DNA of 64,000 bases from Dudresnaya verticillata. Taxonomy: Eukaryota. Below are positions 13,901 to 24,727 of this stretch, piece after piece. The position numbers and the translations under genes are program-made. Every line of letters begins with the position of its first letter. Within the stretch, counting starts at the first letter, position 1. The stretch spans positions 682,001 through 746,000 of the forward strand of contig OZ374561.1 in assembly GCA_977862235.1 (NCBI GenBank). Direction: 5' to 3'. The notes under the pieces are model-generated. The model saw only the letters and a program-made list of their open reading frames with translations. It did no database searches and had not been told where the DNA came from.

Positions 13901-14267
13901 CGATGCGCATCTATGAGCACAGAAAAAGTATCGTACCCAAATCATACTCGAAGCGCACAACTTTTAGAACCACACGATTTGATACGGTTGAATACAAACT
14001 GGGAGTATGGTATGATGAGAAAAGCTACATGATATACATGGTTCGAATGACAGTCGATTGGGGGGCCTTATTTGTCACTGCGCTTTAGTCCACTCTCCCA
14101 ATCTTAGCCCCATAGCTCTGGCACTCTTGCGAGATGGAATTATTGTTCTTACGTGATCTTGTGACCTTTCACGTTAGGGAGATGAACGAGAAGTCAACAA
14201 CATGTTTACTTTCAGAGGACCTACCTGTCCATCGTACCTTATGAAATGAAATACCTCTGTGGGTGTA

Positions 14268-14361
14268 GGAGAAAGTTCTGTCTCGACCCGCCTTCTTTCT
14301 CAGACTCAGAAGGCGGAGAAAGTTCTGTCTCGACCCGCCTTCTTTCTCAGACTCAGAAGGC
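14268..14361. repeat. Perfect tandem duplication, 2 x 47 bp
   Basis: ggagaaagttctgtctcgacccgccttctttctcagactcagaaggc occurs at 14268-14314 and 14315-14361. Confidence 0.95.
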
Positions 14362-15885
14362 TTGACACTGTTCCGTGCCGAAAAGCTCTTCATGAAATGC
14401 TTTTGAATACATTGTCTGTGAGGACGGCCAAACAAAAGTACCTCTGGTTTTCAGGAGGGCTTCCTGAGTCTCGCTCCTTCCTCTCCCCGCCAACATGTAC
14501 TAGTCCCTGTGTTCCTTAGAAGATAGGCCGAGGACATACCGAAAAATTTTCTGTGGAACGGTTCGATATTCTTTTCGCATATTACTGTTGCAAGAAATAA
14601 TGTCTAAGCGTGATTGACACTTGATTATCGAAGAGATCTATCAACAAGTGATCACATCTATTTTCTCTCTTATTCTTAGCATCTTCTCTGTGTAAGTTGA
14701 AGGAGCCAAGTGGAACCCAGGAAAACCAAAATGCTTTGTTAGTAGAGTCATGCGAGTACCAAAATAGTGTTGCATTTTGAGGTAGGATTCGGTCAACTTG
14801 TGTGGTTACAATTGAACGTGTAGCCATGTGACAAAAACGGAAAAGAAGCATGGTATTTCAGAACTACAAACGGATAACGCTATCGTTATGAAACGTTTTC
14901 CTACAAATGAGCAGCAGCGTTCAGGTCAACAAGGTATCCAAGACTCAATATTCTCTTAAAAAGAGGGAGGGAGTGAGATTGATTAGCGGGGAAAGCCTTC
15001 CTATGTGTCTTATTATTTGGGGCCTTGAAAAGGTTAGCCTACTATTTCCATTACCGCGCATTGTTCGTTCTTTCCTAAGTCCCAATATCTGAAAGATCAT
15101 TATTTCACATTAATTGCTACTTCCTTAGCACAAATCCCAATAGAATACTAAGAAGAACGTTTGGGAAGGACTCGCTGCAGGCCAAACTTGTTGACGAAAT
15201 TAGGTACATTGCTGCTATTTCTGAGACTCCAATTCATAATGATGGGTGCGTATGCATGTAGATCCAAACTAGAGTTTATCAGAGATAACCTTCCAGTCTC
15301 CACTCACTGGAGTTGGTTTATTGCACCAAGGTGCTTAAAACAAAAGACACAATTTTTCTTTAAGAGCTGGCTTTGACTCGCATAACCAAAATATGTGTGA
15401 TAGTACTTTGACATAATTTAAGACCAGACTCTCTTGCATCACCTCAGACTTAACTGAATTGAGCGTAAATAAGTTGATATGCTTTGAGAAGTGAGCCATC
15501 TTTTGCGAATATATCCGCATTTGGGTCGTGTGAGAGCCAGCTGGAATAAATTGAGGTTCAAAAGAAAGAATAAGAATGGCCTCTAAAGCAATAGCATGTC
15601 CTAGTTATCCAGAATATGTATCTAAATGAAGACGAATGTCAACCGCTCAATCCGTATCCATCGAAGTGGAGGCTGACTGTGTAAAACAACAGGTCAAGTT
15701 TTAGAAAATTCCATCAGTGCAGCTGTTGGCAGGCTATCTGGAGTGAGCGCGTGTTGACCAGTGCGGACAGCTTTCAACCTGGTTATGAAATGAACGTTCT
15801 AGTCCAAACCTTTGAGCACTTGTCTCATCTGCTTGGAATTTGTATTGCCGAGCGATGCGAAATTCCAGAGAGTTTGTGGTTTTCC

Positions 15886-15916
<31 letters not shown>

Positions 15917-15917
15917 G
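15886..15917. repeat. (AG)n microsatellite with one interruption
   Basis: Read directly. Confidence 0.9.
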
Positions 15918-16614
15918 GGAGCGTGATGTCACGTCATGCCAACAAGATCTATAGCGAGGTATGCCTGAGAGTATGTTTTGCAACAACCGGTGTAAGGGGG
16001 GCTGTGAAGGTGAATGGGAGTGAAGGTAAGTCTGCAGTTGCTGAGCAATGATCTATGTCTCTATTTTTCAAGGCAATGAGTGCACGATGTGTAGCAACGG
16101 AATAGTTTGTTTACGATCTCCTCCTTTCTCCATACCGTAGTAGATCGCCTATGACTTCGCAGGCAGCACTAAACGGAACTACTCTACATAGACGTTCATT
16201 GTTTATGTCGCAGATATTCGCTATCCAATGCTTAGATGCCATTGTTGTAAGCACTTCTTCAAAGCATAAAGGTTCTTGAGCGGCAAATGCGGTGTGCAGA
16301 TAAAATGTATTGGTGGGCAATTCGACAGTTTGCTCTAGCAGCAGTGTTCGTTCCTCATTGGCTTCCCACACCACACCACTTGCGGCCATTGCTTTCAAGA
16401 TCACACCCAATACAGCCTGTCTGAACTATGTTCTAGTTCTGGTTCTGGAGGCCGATGTATGCTGGCCTCTCACTCTCGCCCTCTTTGTTTATCCATCTTT
16501 TGCGCTCGATCTCGATTTTGTCCGCTCTGCCGCTCTTGTGCACATTCCTCCTCTCACGCTGCACATTGCTAGTTGCTGGATAACTCGCCACGCCCATGCA
16601 GACACTGGCCGACG

Positions 16615-17698
16615 ATGACAGATGAGAACTCGCAACAAGGAAGTAACCCATTGGCGGAGTCCGCGCGTCGCACGCTAGGACGCACGGGAATCCGGGTGTC
16701 GCCGCTTGGGTTTGGTGCGTCGCCGCTGGGGAATGAGTTCGGCGTAATTGCGGTAAGCTACTGCCGGGCCCCGGGTGTTGTATGAGAGCCAGGCCAAATG
16801 CCAGACTGACATCGGCGTTGTGCGGAATGCACCTGCTTCGTGTGCGAAGGAGGAGGACGGTATCAAAGCAGTACACGAAGCGGTAAAGGCCGGTATCAAT
16901 TTCTTCGACGTGTCGCCATTCTACGGTCGCACGAAAGCGGAAACAGTGCTCGGAAAGGCACTGCATCAGCTACCGCGTGACTCGTTTGTCATTAGCACAA
17001 AGGTCGGGCGGTATGACAAGAATGTTTTCGACTTCTCCGCAGACAGGGTGACACGGTCCGTGGACGAATCGATGCAGCGGCTCGGTCTGAGCTATCTGGA
17101 CATAGTGCAATGCCATGACATTGAATTTGGGGACCTGGACCAGGTGGTGTCGGAGACGATTCCTGCGTTGAACAAGCTGAAGTCGGAGGGAAAGATTGGA
17201 GCGGTGGGAATAACCGGGTACCCACTGGAAATCTTCCCATATGTATTAGAGTGCTCTAAGCCTGGAGCCGTGGACGTGGTGCTGTCGTATTGCCACTACA
17301 GCCTTCAGAATGACCGGCTGAGGCTGCTGTTCGACGCAGTGCAGCGCCATGGGGTCGGGCTGATCAACGCGTCGCCGCTATGCATGGGGCTGATGACACC
17401 GTCCGGCGGGCCGGAGTGGCATCCTGCGGATGCGGACATCAAAGCGGCTTCGCGGCAGGCCGCGGAGCTGTGCCGCGAGCGTGGGACAAACCTGCCCACA
17501 GTGGCGATGGGGTTTGCGCTCGCAGCGGATCCGGCACACGTGGCGACCACGCTGGTCGGAATCGACTCTGTGGACACGCTCGCGAAGAACATCGCTGTGC
17601 TTCAGAAGCAGCCTGACTGGAAGCTTGTGGAGGAGGTGAGGGAGGTGTTCAAACCAGTGCACAACCGCAGATGGAACAGCGGTCGGTTTCTGGCGTAG
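16615..17698 (+). CDS. GalDH: L-galactose dehydrogenase (aldo-keto reductase family), 2 exons: 16615-16752 and 16850-17698, 328 aa
   Basis: LGRTGIRVSPLGFGASPLG, GINFFDVSPFYG, FDFSADRV, HDIEFGDLDQVVSETIPAL, DVVLSYCHY and PEWHPA match plant L-GalDH as I recall it. Intron 16753-16849 (GTAAGC...GACTGAC...AAG) joins the two ORF fragments in frame. Confidence 0.9.
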
Positions 17699-18631
17699 AT
17701 CTCCTGTCGCGGGGCTGCGTGCTCGTGTCAGCGAGGCGGGTCGGGCGCTGGCGTAGAAACGAAGCGTTTGAAATGAAACGACTGTGGGAGTCCGTTGCAT
17801 CCCGCTGAAGAAACTAAATGAAACGCGGCTTCGCAGGACCGCGGTGGATAGACGCCTGTGTATGATGCCTCGTGCTGCGACCTGCGTTTTGGAAGCAAGG
17901 CCAAGGAACAGAGTCGCAGGCCACACCCGCCTCACGTGCCGGACGGCGCTACCCTTCAAGCCACACGTAAAAGTTGATGCAACCCGCGTGCACCAGTCCA
18001 TCAGTTTGGTCAGAGCTACACGTCTCGGGCGGGCGGCCCCGCACTGCACTGCGCCGCAGCCCAGAGTCCTCGCCGCAGATGTGACCTGGACAGGCACATA
18101 AACGCTTCCGGGATTGCTCTTACACTATTGAGCGGATCTCGCTGGCGAGGACACGCACGCAGGTGCGGAATGACATACAGCGTGCCGCGCGACAGCCTTC
18201 TTGCTTGCTGGTGCCAGCACTACGTGCAGGTGCAAGTGCAGCACATGCGCGTACAAAATCCACATTGTGCGTCTTTCGTGCGCTTAAGCATGTGTTGACG
18301 GGATAGTGATAAGCGTGCGTGCAAGCAGACCTTGACATACACGGCTCGTCGCAGTCACGGAAAAGGACAACCGCTCCCAACGCCCAACCTGCCCGGCGTT
18401 CCGTAGATACAGCACGCCCGCCCGGTCGGACAAAGCACCGACACCACCGGATCGCGCCGCGCGCCCAATGCCACCAGCAGCGGAGCGGATCGGCGCCGCG
18501 GAAGCTTCGCAACGGATTTTTAGGCGCGCATCTGTGGCGCCAGGTGCCGATTGGGCGGCTTCAGATATGCGGTAGCGCCGCAGGTGGCCGCTCATGCGCC
18601 CCCTCACTGGGTATGATTCCACTTTGACGTC

Positions 18632-20013
18632 ATGCCCCCAAAAACAACCACAAATCCTGCGCCGGTCCTCGCGCCCGCCGCGCAACCTGAGCGTGCGCAC
18701 CCGGTAAGCCGATAACCTTATCCTCGGCCCGAGGTCGGCCGCGTCGCTCACCCGCCCTCCCCCTCCCACGCGCGCCCCAGCGCCCCCAGTCAATGCCATC
18801 GTCTCGACGCGCAGGCAGTCCCCGGCCCGCCTCGCTCGGCAGCACGCTCGGGCGCGCCGCCCACGCCATCCTGCCGCGCCGCCGCACCCGCCGCACCGCG
18901 CCTGCGCCGCGCCCCGCGCCGCCGAGCCGCGCCGTCACAGCCGTTTTCAACGCCTGCCGCCAGCTCGACCCGGACGGGCTCGGCATCCGCCGCGCCTCGT
19001 CCTCCATCCACCCCGACGCCTTCTCTCCGTTCTTGCAGCTTGACCACTGCGGACCGCACCACCTTCCCGCCCGCGCCCGCGTCCAGGGCGACGCCCCCCG
19101 TAAGGGCCAGCAGGTCCTCTCATATGTCCTCGCGGGGGAGATGCACTACTCCGACTCGTGCGGAAACAAATGCATCCTCACGCCCGGCTCGGGGAACCTG
19201 CTCACGGCCGGCTCGGGCCTTGCCGTTTCCCACTCTTTGCGTGGCCCAGTTATCGAGTACTTTTCCGTATGGATCAACATCCCAAGAGACCGCATGGCCG
19301 CCCCGCCTGAGCACCGCATGACCCGTACACCACCTTGCGTCTTCATCGGCCAGGGCGAGTCGGCTGCGAGAATACGTGTCCTTGCCGGCCCACCTCACCC
19401 GCGCGCTTTACACAAGTTGGAGGAGAAGGCTGCCCAGCGCCAGGAGTCCCTCGACCTGGAAACTGCCGCTGGGAAAGCTGCTGTCTATGATGTCAAGATG
19501 CAGCGCAAGTCTCAGCTCGTACTAAACCCCGAGACAGAGCGTGTCTTTGTGTATGTTTACCGTGGTGCTGCTGTAGTTGATAGGAAGACAAAGCTACAGG
19601 AAGGAGACTTTGCAGTGCTCGAGCAGAATCGAAAACTTCCGCTTGTCATCGAGAGCTGTGGCGTGCACATTGAAACAGTCGACAAGCCGCATCACAGCTT
19701 TGATGACTTTGATACATTCGAGGAGCATGCCTGCTGGTGCCTGGTCCTCGCTGGAGACCCAGTGATGGAGCCGGTGACGATGCTCTCGTCGGGAATAGTG
19801 GCGTGTACGCCAAGGGAAATCCGCCAGGCGTTTCAGGACTATACTTGCGGCAGCATGGGTGCTGCAAGTCCGCCTGCTTCAAGTCCGCACTCTTTGCGGC
19901 GCAAGGAAATGGAGAATTCTGATGAAGATAGCCTGGATGATGTCGACAGCGAGATTGGCCACGCTGAAGAGGACAACGAAATCCCCGACGTAGGGTTTGG
20001 GCGGCTCGAGTAG
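18632..20013 (+). CDS. Pirin-like bicupin protein with a degenerate metal site, 2 exons: 18632-18703 and 18781-20013, 434 aa
   Basis: SPFLQLDH, LSYVLAGEMHYSDSCGN, LLTAGSG, WINIP, FVYVYRG, LAGDPVMEPV and EIRQAFQDY follow the pirin N- and C-terminal cupin pattern. An upstream 24-codon exon joins in frame through a 77-nt GTAAGC...CTCAC...CAG intron. Confidence 0.85.
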
Positions 20014-22537
20014 CCACAGCAAATACTAGCACCACAACAGATCGCAAGGTGCGCTTTCACGTGGAAGACAGTCAACGAAACGAAATGCTCACCCCCTCCC
20101 CCGCAAACAGCCCGTTCGTCACATAGGCGAACAGGTCATAGTTGCTGATGCTTAAGATGGATGCTTGTGCTATGCCACTGCACGCTCGATATCGCATTTC
20201 TGGTTTGGCAACCTCTCCGAGGCACGCGAGCGTCGTAGAGATGTGATTTTAGAGCAGACTGTCGACTGACCTGTGGTTGGCAAGTTTGTGGATTACTACG
20301 CTTTGTTTGAGGACAATAACGATATGGAAGGGTAAAAAGTGATGGTTTAGAACTCGGCTTGTTCGTGCTTGTTTGGCGTCAGGGTGACAATGGTAGAGAG
20401 TATATGTCATCGTGTGTTCACTGTAACTCTTTAAGTCGAACGTGCACCGGTAACAAGACGTGCTGAATTGTGTCCATGCAATCTCAAGCGGGAAAGATAC
20501 AGGGTAACATGTCACACCAAGCAGTGCGGCAGAGTTTAAAAGGAATCAAAGTATGGCAGTATACTTTATCTAATGTATTGCAAGTCAAAGACAAGTTCTA
20601 TACCTTTGATAAGCGGGCAAACCTACAAACAAGTTGCTTTTGCTGCCAGCATGTTTCACCTCCTCAGCACATAAGCACACACCCTTACATTTATGACGGC
20701 CACCACGTTTTATCATACAACCTTACTGTATTCCCAACCGTTCCTGCAGCTTGGGCGGACGGGTGGCAATGCCCTATGAGATATGTCTATATGTTCTCCA
20801 GCAACATCACCCGCTTGAGCTGCAGGTTGCTGCCTCCTACCAGTCTTCCTGACGGGGGTTTCATAGCCAAAAGTTTAATTTCTACGCTCTTCGAACCTTT
20901 CCCAGGGAAATAGGAGTGGGCCTGGAGTGTCTTTCTCACTGCGGGCACGATTTCACCACCTCACGAGAACGGGGATTATGACCACGAAAATATTCTCCCA
21001 GCCAAGCTGGAGCCGAAAAGGACTGAAGATGAGATTGGCGAGGCATGAGGCCGACATGTGGTGCGGGCAGACACGATGCGCCGCTCTCTCGAGACCGGAG
21101 AGCAACACCTGTTTGGCTGGTACCACACCTCTTCCTGCTCTCACCAGTGGTGTCACAAACATCACCGCCCTACCGCTTCTTATCCTCATAGTCAGTTGCT
21201 ATAAGCTTCAGCACCAAGGCGTCAAAGGAAGCAAACCCATAGTATCCCCTCGGCTGCGCTGCTGCGCTACTGACAATTCTAGACCTCTCCATACCCGACA
21301 GAACAGCACATAACTGTTACTCCTCTTGCGCAGGCCCAACGAGGCGCATGGAGACTGACGGCGGGCACGGTGCCCTGCGACTTCTTGTCGCAGCTGCTGG
21401 CTGATGACGCGAGATGGAGCGGAAGGTAACACAGTGGGGATGGGATCTGAATTGCACCTTGCGATGCAATCTATGAATCACTATGAGCTTCGCCGCTATT
21501 GGACGAAAACACTCTGGCGGATTCGAGCGGGGACATACAAAAATATCCGCTGCCAATCAAGATCGTTCAAACTGGTGGCTTGTGTACGGCACGGCCTGTA
21601 TTTGTGCGTGTTTCCATTTAGACCCATTCAGATCCACACTTGCTTCACGATGGCGAATTCAGAGCTCCTCAAAAGAAGAGAAGAAGCATTCTTCTACTGT
21701 ACAGTAGATATGCAAGAGGCCTCGTTTATGGGCGTGGTGGAGCTAGACGCTGTGAATATCGTCACTAACCTTGTCAGTTATAAAACCCAATACGTTGTCC
21801 TCTACTCTGTCGTCCACCTATCAATAGACTCCAAAATTGGAATAATCTCTACCCTCCATTTAACATGCTAGAACTTTATGTATTGACGATCATTAAAGTC
21901 TTGTGCCTCGGGTCGCGGGATCACATCTACCTTTAATCACAACCTATATATACCCTTGCGCCGCATTTTGTATTCCTTCAGTCCTGTCAGCATTGAAGCT
22001 GCCAATGCTCTTCTTCTTTCAAGGTCATCGTGTTTGTTGCCCAGTAAACGATCTGCTCTCTCAGTCTGCATTAACGAATGTTTTGCAAAACAAGGTCCAA
22101 ACCTTGATCAAAAGCTGTGCATAAATACCATAAACTCCCATTGACTACGCTTTCTCACAATCGCAGGCTGGCTCTACTCTTGTATACTTTAGAATGCCTA
22201 AGTTCTTTCGAGCTCATCAACAAGGAGCTCAACAACTTCAATCTAGTTAAAGCTTCTTCCCACTGTTATCACAACTGTACATTGTTTTAAATAACAAGGT
22301 CTAATAGAGAAAGAAAATTGTTCCCTGGACAAAGGCCCATGAAACTTAAACTCTTACGGTTGCCCTCGCATCAGAAACCCCTGTTTGGAAACAACGGACT
22401 GTCGCTACTGTTCTGCAAAAATACTCGTTCAGTTGAAAGCTCCCCTAATTGGCAGTTCTTCGTAATCCACTAGCAATACGCAAGCAGCCAAAGATCACCA
22501 GGATCTGCAGTTGTTGACCATCCGAAAAGGAGCTATA

Positions 22538-22611
22538 CCAAACATTGAATACCTGACATCACAAATGCCAAACATTGAATACCTCACATTGACATTGAGG
22601 TATTCAATATT
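22538..22611. repeat. Direct repeat at a 30-bp period followed by an inverted copy (16-bp stem hairpin)
   Basis: ccaaacattgaatacct at 22538 and 22568. aacattgaatacctca (22571-22586) pairs with tgaggtattcaatatt (22596-22611) with one mismatch. Confidence 0.85.
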
Positions 22612-23269
22612 AGACATAATCCCTGGTTATTAAGCCTTCTATGTGGGGGGAGAAGGGGCGGGGCTTGCATTCGTTCTAGTGATGCTCACCCTTTTAACGG
22701 CGAGATCGAGCACATGCACTTGTAATGAAAGTCCTCATAGGTCCAACTTTTGCAGGAAAAGGGCGCCATATCAAATATTACTGACTTTAAAAAGAATTTC
22801 GATCACAATGAATGCATTCAACCCCATAAGTTCCAATGGGTGTCAACAGAACTCCCAATCCGCCCAAGAGTTTGCATACTTTTCCAGTCTACAATAACAA
22901 ATTTCTTTAAAACTGCTTGAATACAGTAGCACACTCACTACTACCCTTCATATTGCCCTTGCCCTTCATTGCTGCTCCAGCCCTTCATTGCTGCTCCAGC
23001 CGTTCAGTGCTGCTCCCGTCCGTTCAACAAAGGTGCTATCCTGTGCAAAATCTGTATCACTTAGTCTGCCAAATAGTTCACGCTACAACGGAAGGCGGCA
23101 TCTGGCATCTTCTAGAACGATTTACTGATCTTGTCTCTAGGAGCAACACTTGTTGTTCAGTTTTGCAACCTTCTTCTTCCTCCAGCCGTAGCACTATTAA
23201 AGCCCATATTGAAGGCTGTTGCTGTTTTTTACCACTAGGTCCGCTAAGGATCAGATCCTTGCTTGCAAC

Positions 23270-24727
23270 ATGCTCAGGTCGCCACATGAAGAACTCCCTA
23301 TTTTCCGAGATGGCTTGGGAATTTTAGAGTGTCACGAACACCCATCATGTTTTGATAACAACAACTTTGTTACCCTGTTCAACAGGTCCAAAGACTTAAT
23401 CTCATTGCCAAACAAAAGACCGAGCGGGAGTAAGAAGATCAGATATGTTTTTGAGATTGGAAGCAAGCCTCAAATACAGGCCCCTTGGGTCATTAGTTCT
23501 GGGGGTCTCAGATTGGGGTACCTAGAAAATACTTTGGCTTGCAGTGGAATAGAAGAACGACACCTGAGTACATCCACGGGGGCCTCTGACAACCTAGAAA
23601 TATGCCTTGCAGAATCGGACTTGTACAATCAGGTAGACCCGAAAAAGGATTTGCTCTCGGCAAGCAGGTTTATACCATTCCAACAAGAACAGCCTGTTGC
23701 TGAAGATGCTACTCTGCTCCTGGGGAATGATTTATTCGACGAACAAGGCGAAAAGGCCTTCCGTCCTGTTTTTACGAGCAACTGCTCAAGCTGGGAATCT
23801 CCTAGTGTGCTTGGAATCTCGGAAGCTGCCAAAGCCACCAGAAGTACACCTCTAGTAGACGAGCTTGAATTGTTGAAGTGTGAGGAGACATGGGAGTCTG
23901 TAGCTGCTGAGCTTCAGATGCTCGACAAATTGTTGCCTACTTCAAGAGCTGCCTCAAGTGACGCAGAGTTGCCGAAAGAAGACCGAGCCCAGACAGTAAC
24001 TACGCAGCAAGAACAAAACCTTCCAGGCCTTTCTGAGCGCTCTGGACCGTTGCAAACGTTTTCGTCTCAACTGCCTGCTGTATTGCGACGACCAGCAAAG
24101 AAAAGTGCAACTTTTCTCGGAAAGAAGAGCTCAAGGGATGCTCGTGAAAAGGGCATCTACAGCAACGGCACTTTATTGCGATCAGGAACAGACCAGCCCC
24201 CGACTGCATCACAGCCATCACGGTTCTGCCATATTTGTCTACGCCGCGCGGACCGTGTAGCGCTACTGTCTTGTTCCCGACTACTGAGCGGTCTTTGCCG
24301 GAAGGTTATCTGTGAACGCTGCTTTGAAGCTTTTGGATGGGACTGGGATATGGCAGTGCGCGCTGGCTCCGGATGGACCTGCACGCACTGCCGGCAAATG
24401 TACGTTGAACTGCTTGAGTGTAGGCTGACAGTTTTGAGTTCTTCCGCAGCGCAGAAGGAAAACCTTGAGGCTATCGATATTTACGTGTTTCTAACTTTCT
24501 CTCTGTGCACGATTCCCGGCTTTCTTCCTCTTCTGCAACTACTACGCATTGACCACACGCTTGTTATTGCCTACTATATTGCTATATCGAAAATATCCCA
24601 CAGCTGCCCTAGCCGGGCCCAATGTTTCGTGTATAGAAGGACGAATGACAGAAGGCATCAAGCTCTTTTGAAGCGGAGAAACAACAGAAAAGGGAAAAAG
24701 AATGCCCTCTTCAGTCCTCAAGACTAG
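23270..24727 (+). CDS. Zinc-finger protein (zf-4CXXC_R1-like C-terminal domain), 2 exons: 23270-24399 and 24604-24727, ~417 aa; start uncertain
   Basis: SRFCHIC...C...CRKVICERCF...WTCTHCRQI-CPSRAQC followed by a basic tail (KRRNNRKGKK). Removing the GTACGT...CAG intron (24400-24603) restores contiguous Cys spacing. Confidence 0.75.
   Translation: MLRSPHEELPIFRDGLGILECHEHPSCFDNNNFVTLFNRSKDLISLPNKRPSGSKKIRYVFEIGSKPQIQAPWVISSGGLRLGYLENTLACSGIEERHLSTSTGASDNLEICLAESDLYNQVDPKKDLLSASRFIPFQQEQPVAEDATLLLGNDLFDEQGEKAFRPVFTSNCSSWESPSVLGISEAAKATRSTPLVDELELLKCEETWESVAAELQMLDKLLPTSRAASSDAELPKEDRAQTVTTQQEQNLPGLSERSGPLQTFSSQLPAVLRRPAKKSATFLGKKSSRDAREKGIYSNGTLLRSGTDQPPTASQPSRFCHICLRRADRVALLSCSRLLSGLCRKVICERCFEAFGWDWDMAVRAGSGWTCTHCRQMYVELLECRLTVLSSSAAQKENLEAIDIYVFLTFSLCTIPGFLPLLQLLRIDHTLVIAYYIAISKISHSCPSRAQCFVYRRTNDRRHQALLKRRNNRKGKKNALFSPQD

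Noticed and set aside
5671..14026. Shared 14-mer tgatgagaaaagct at ~5671 and ~14013 (C-box-like)
   Set aside because: The flanks do not align and no D box lies at a suitable distance; likely coincidence or an old repeat remnant.
18625..18632. TGACGTCA (CRE palindrome) upstream of the pirin ORF
   Set aside because: It overlaps the ATG of the inferred first coding exon, so it is unlikely to be an upstream promoter element.
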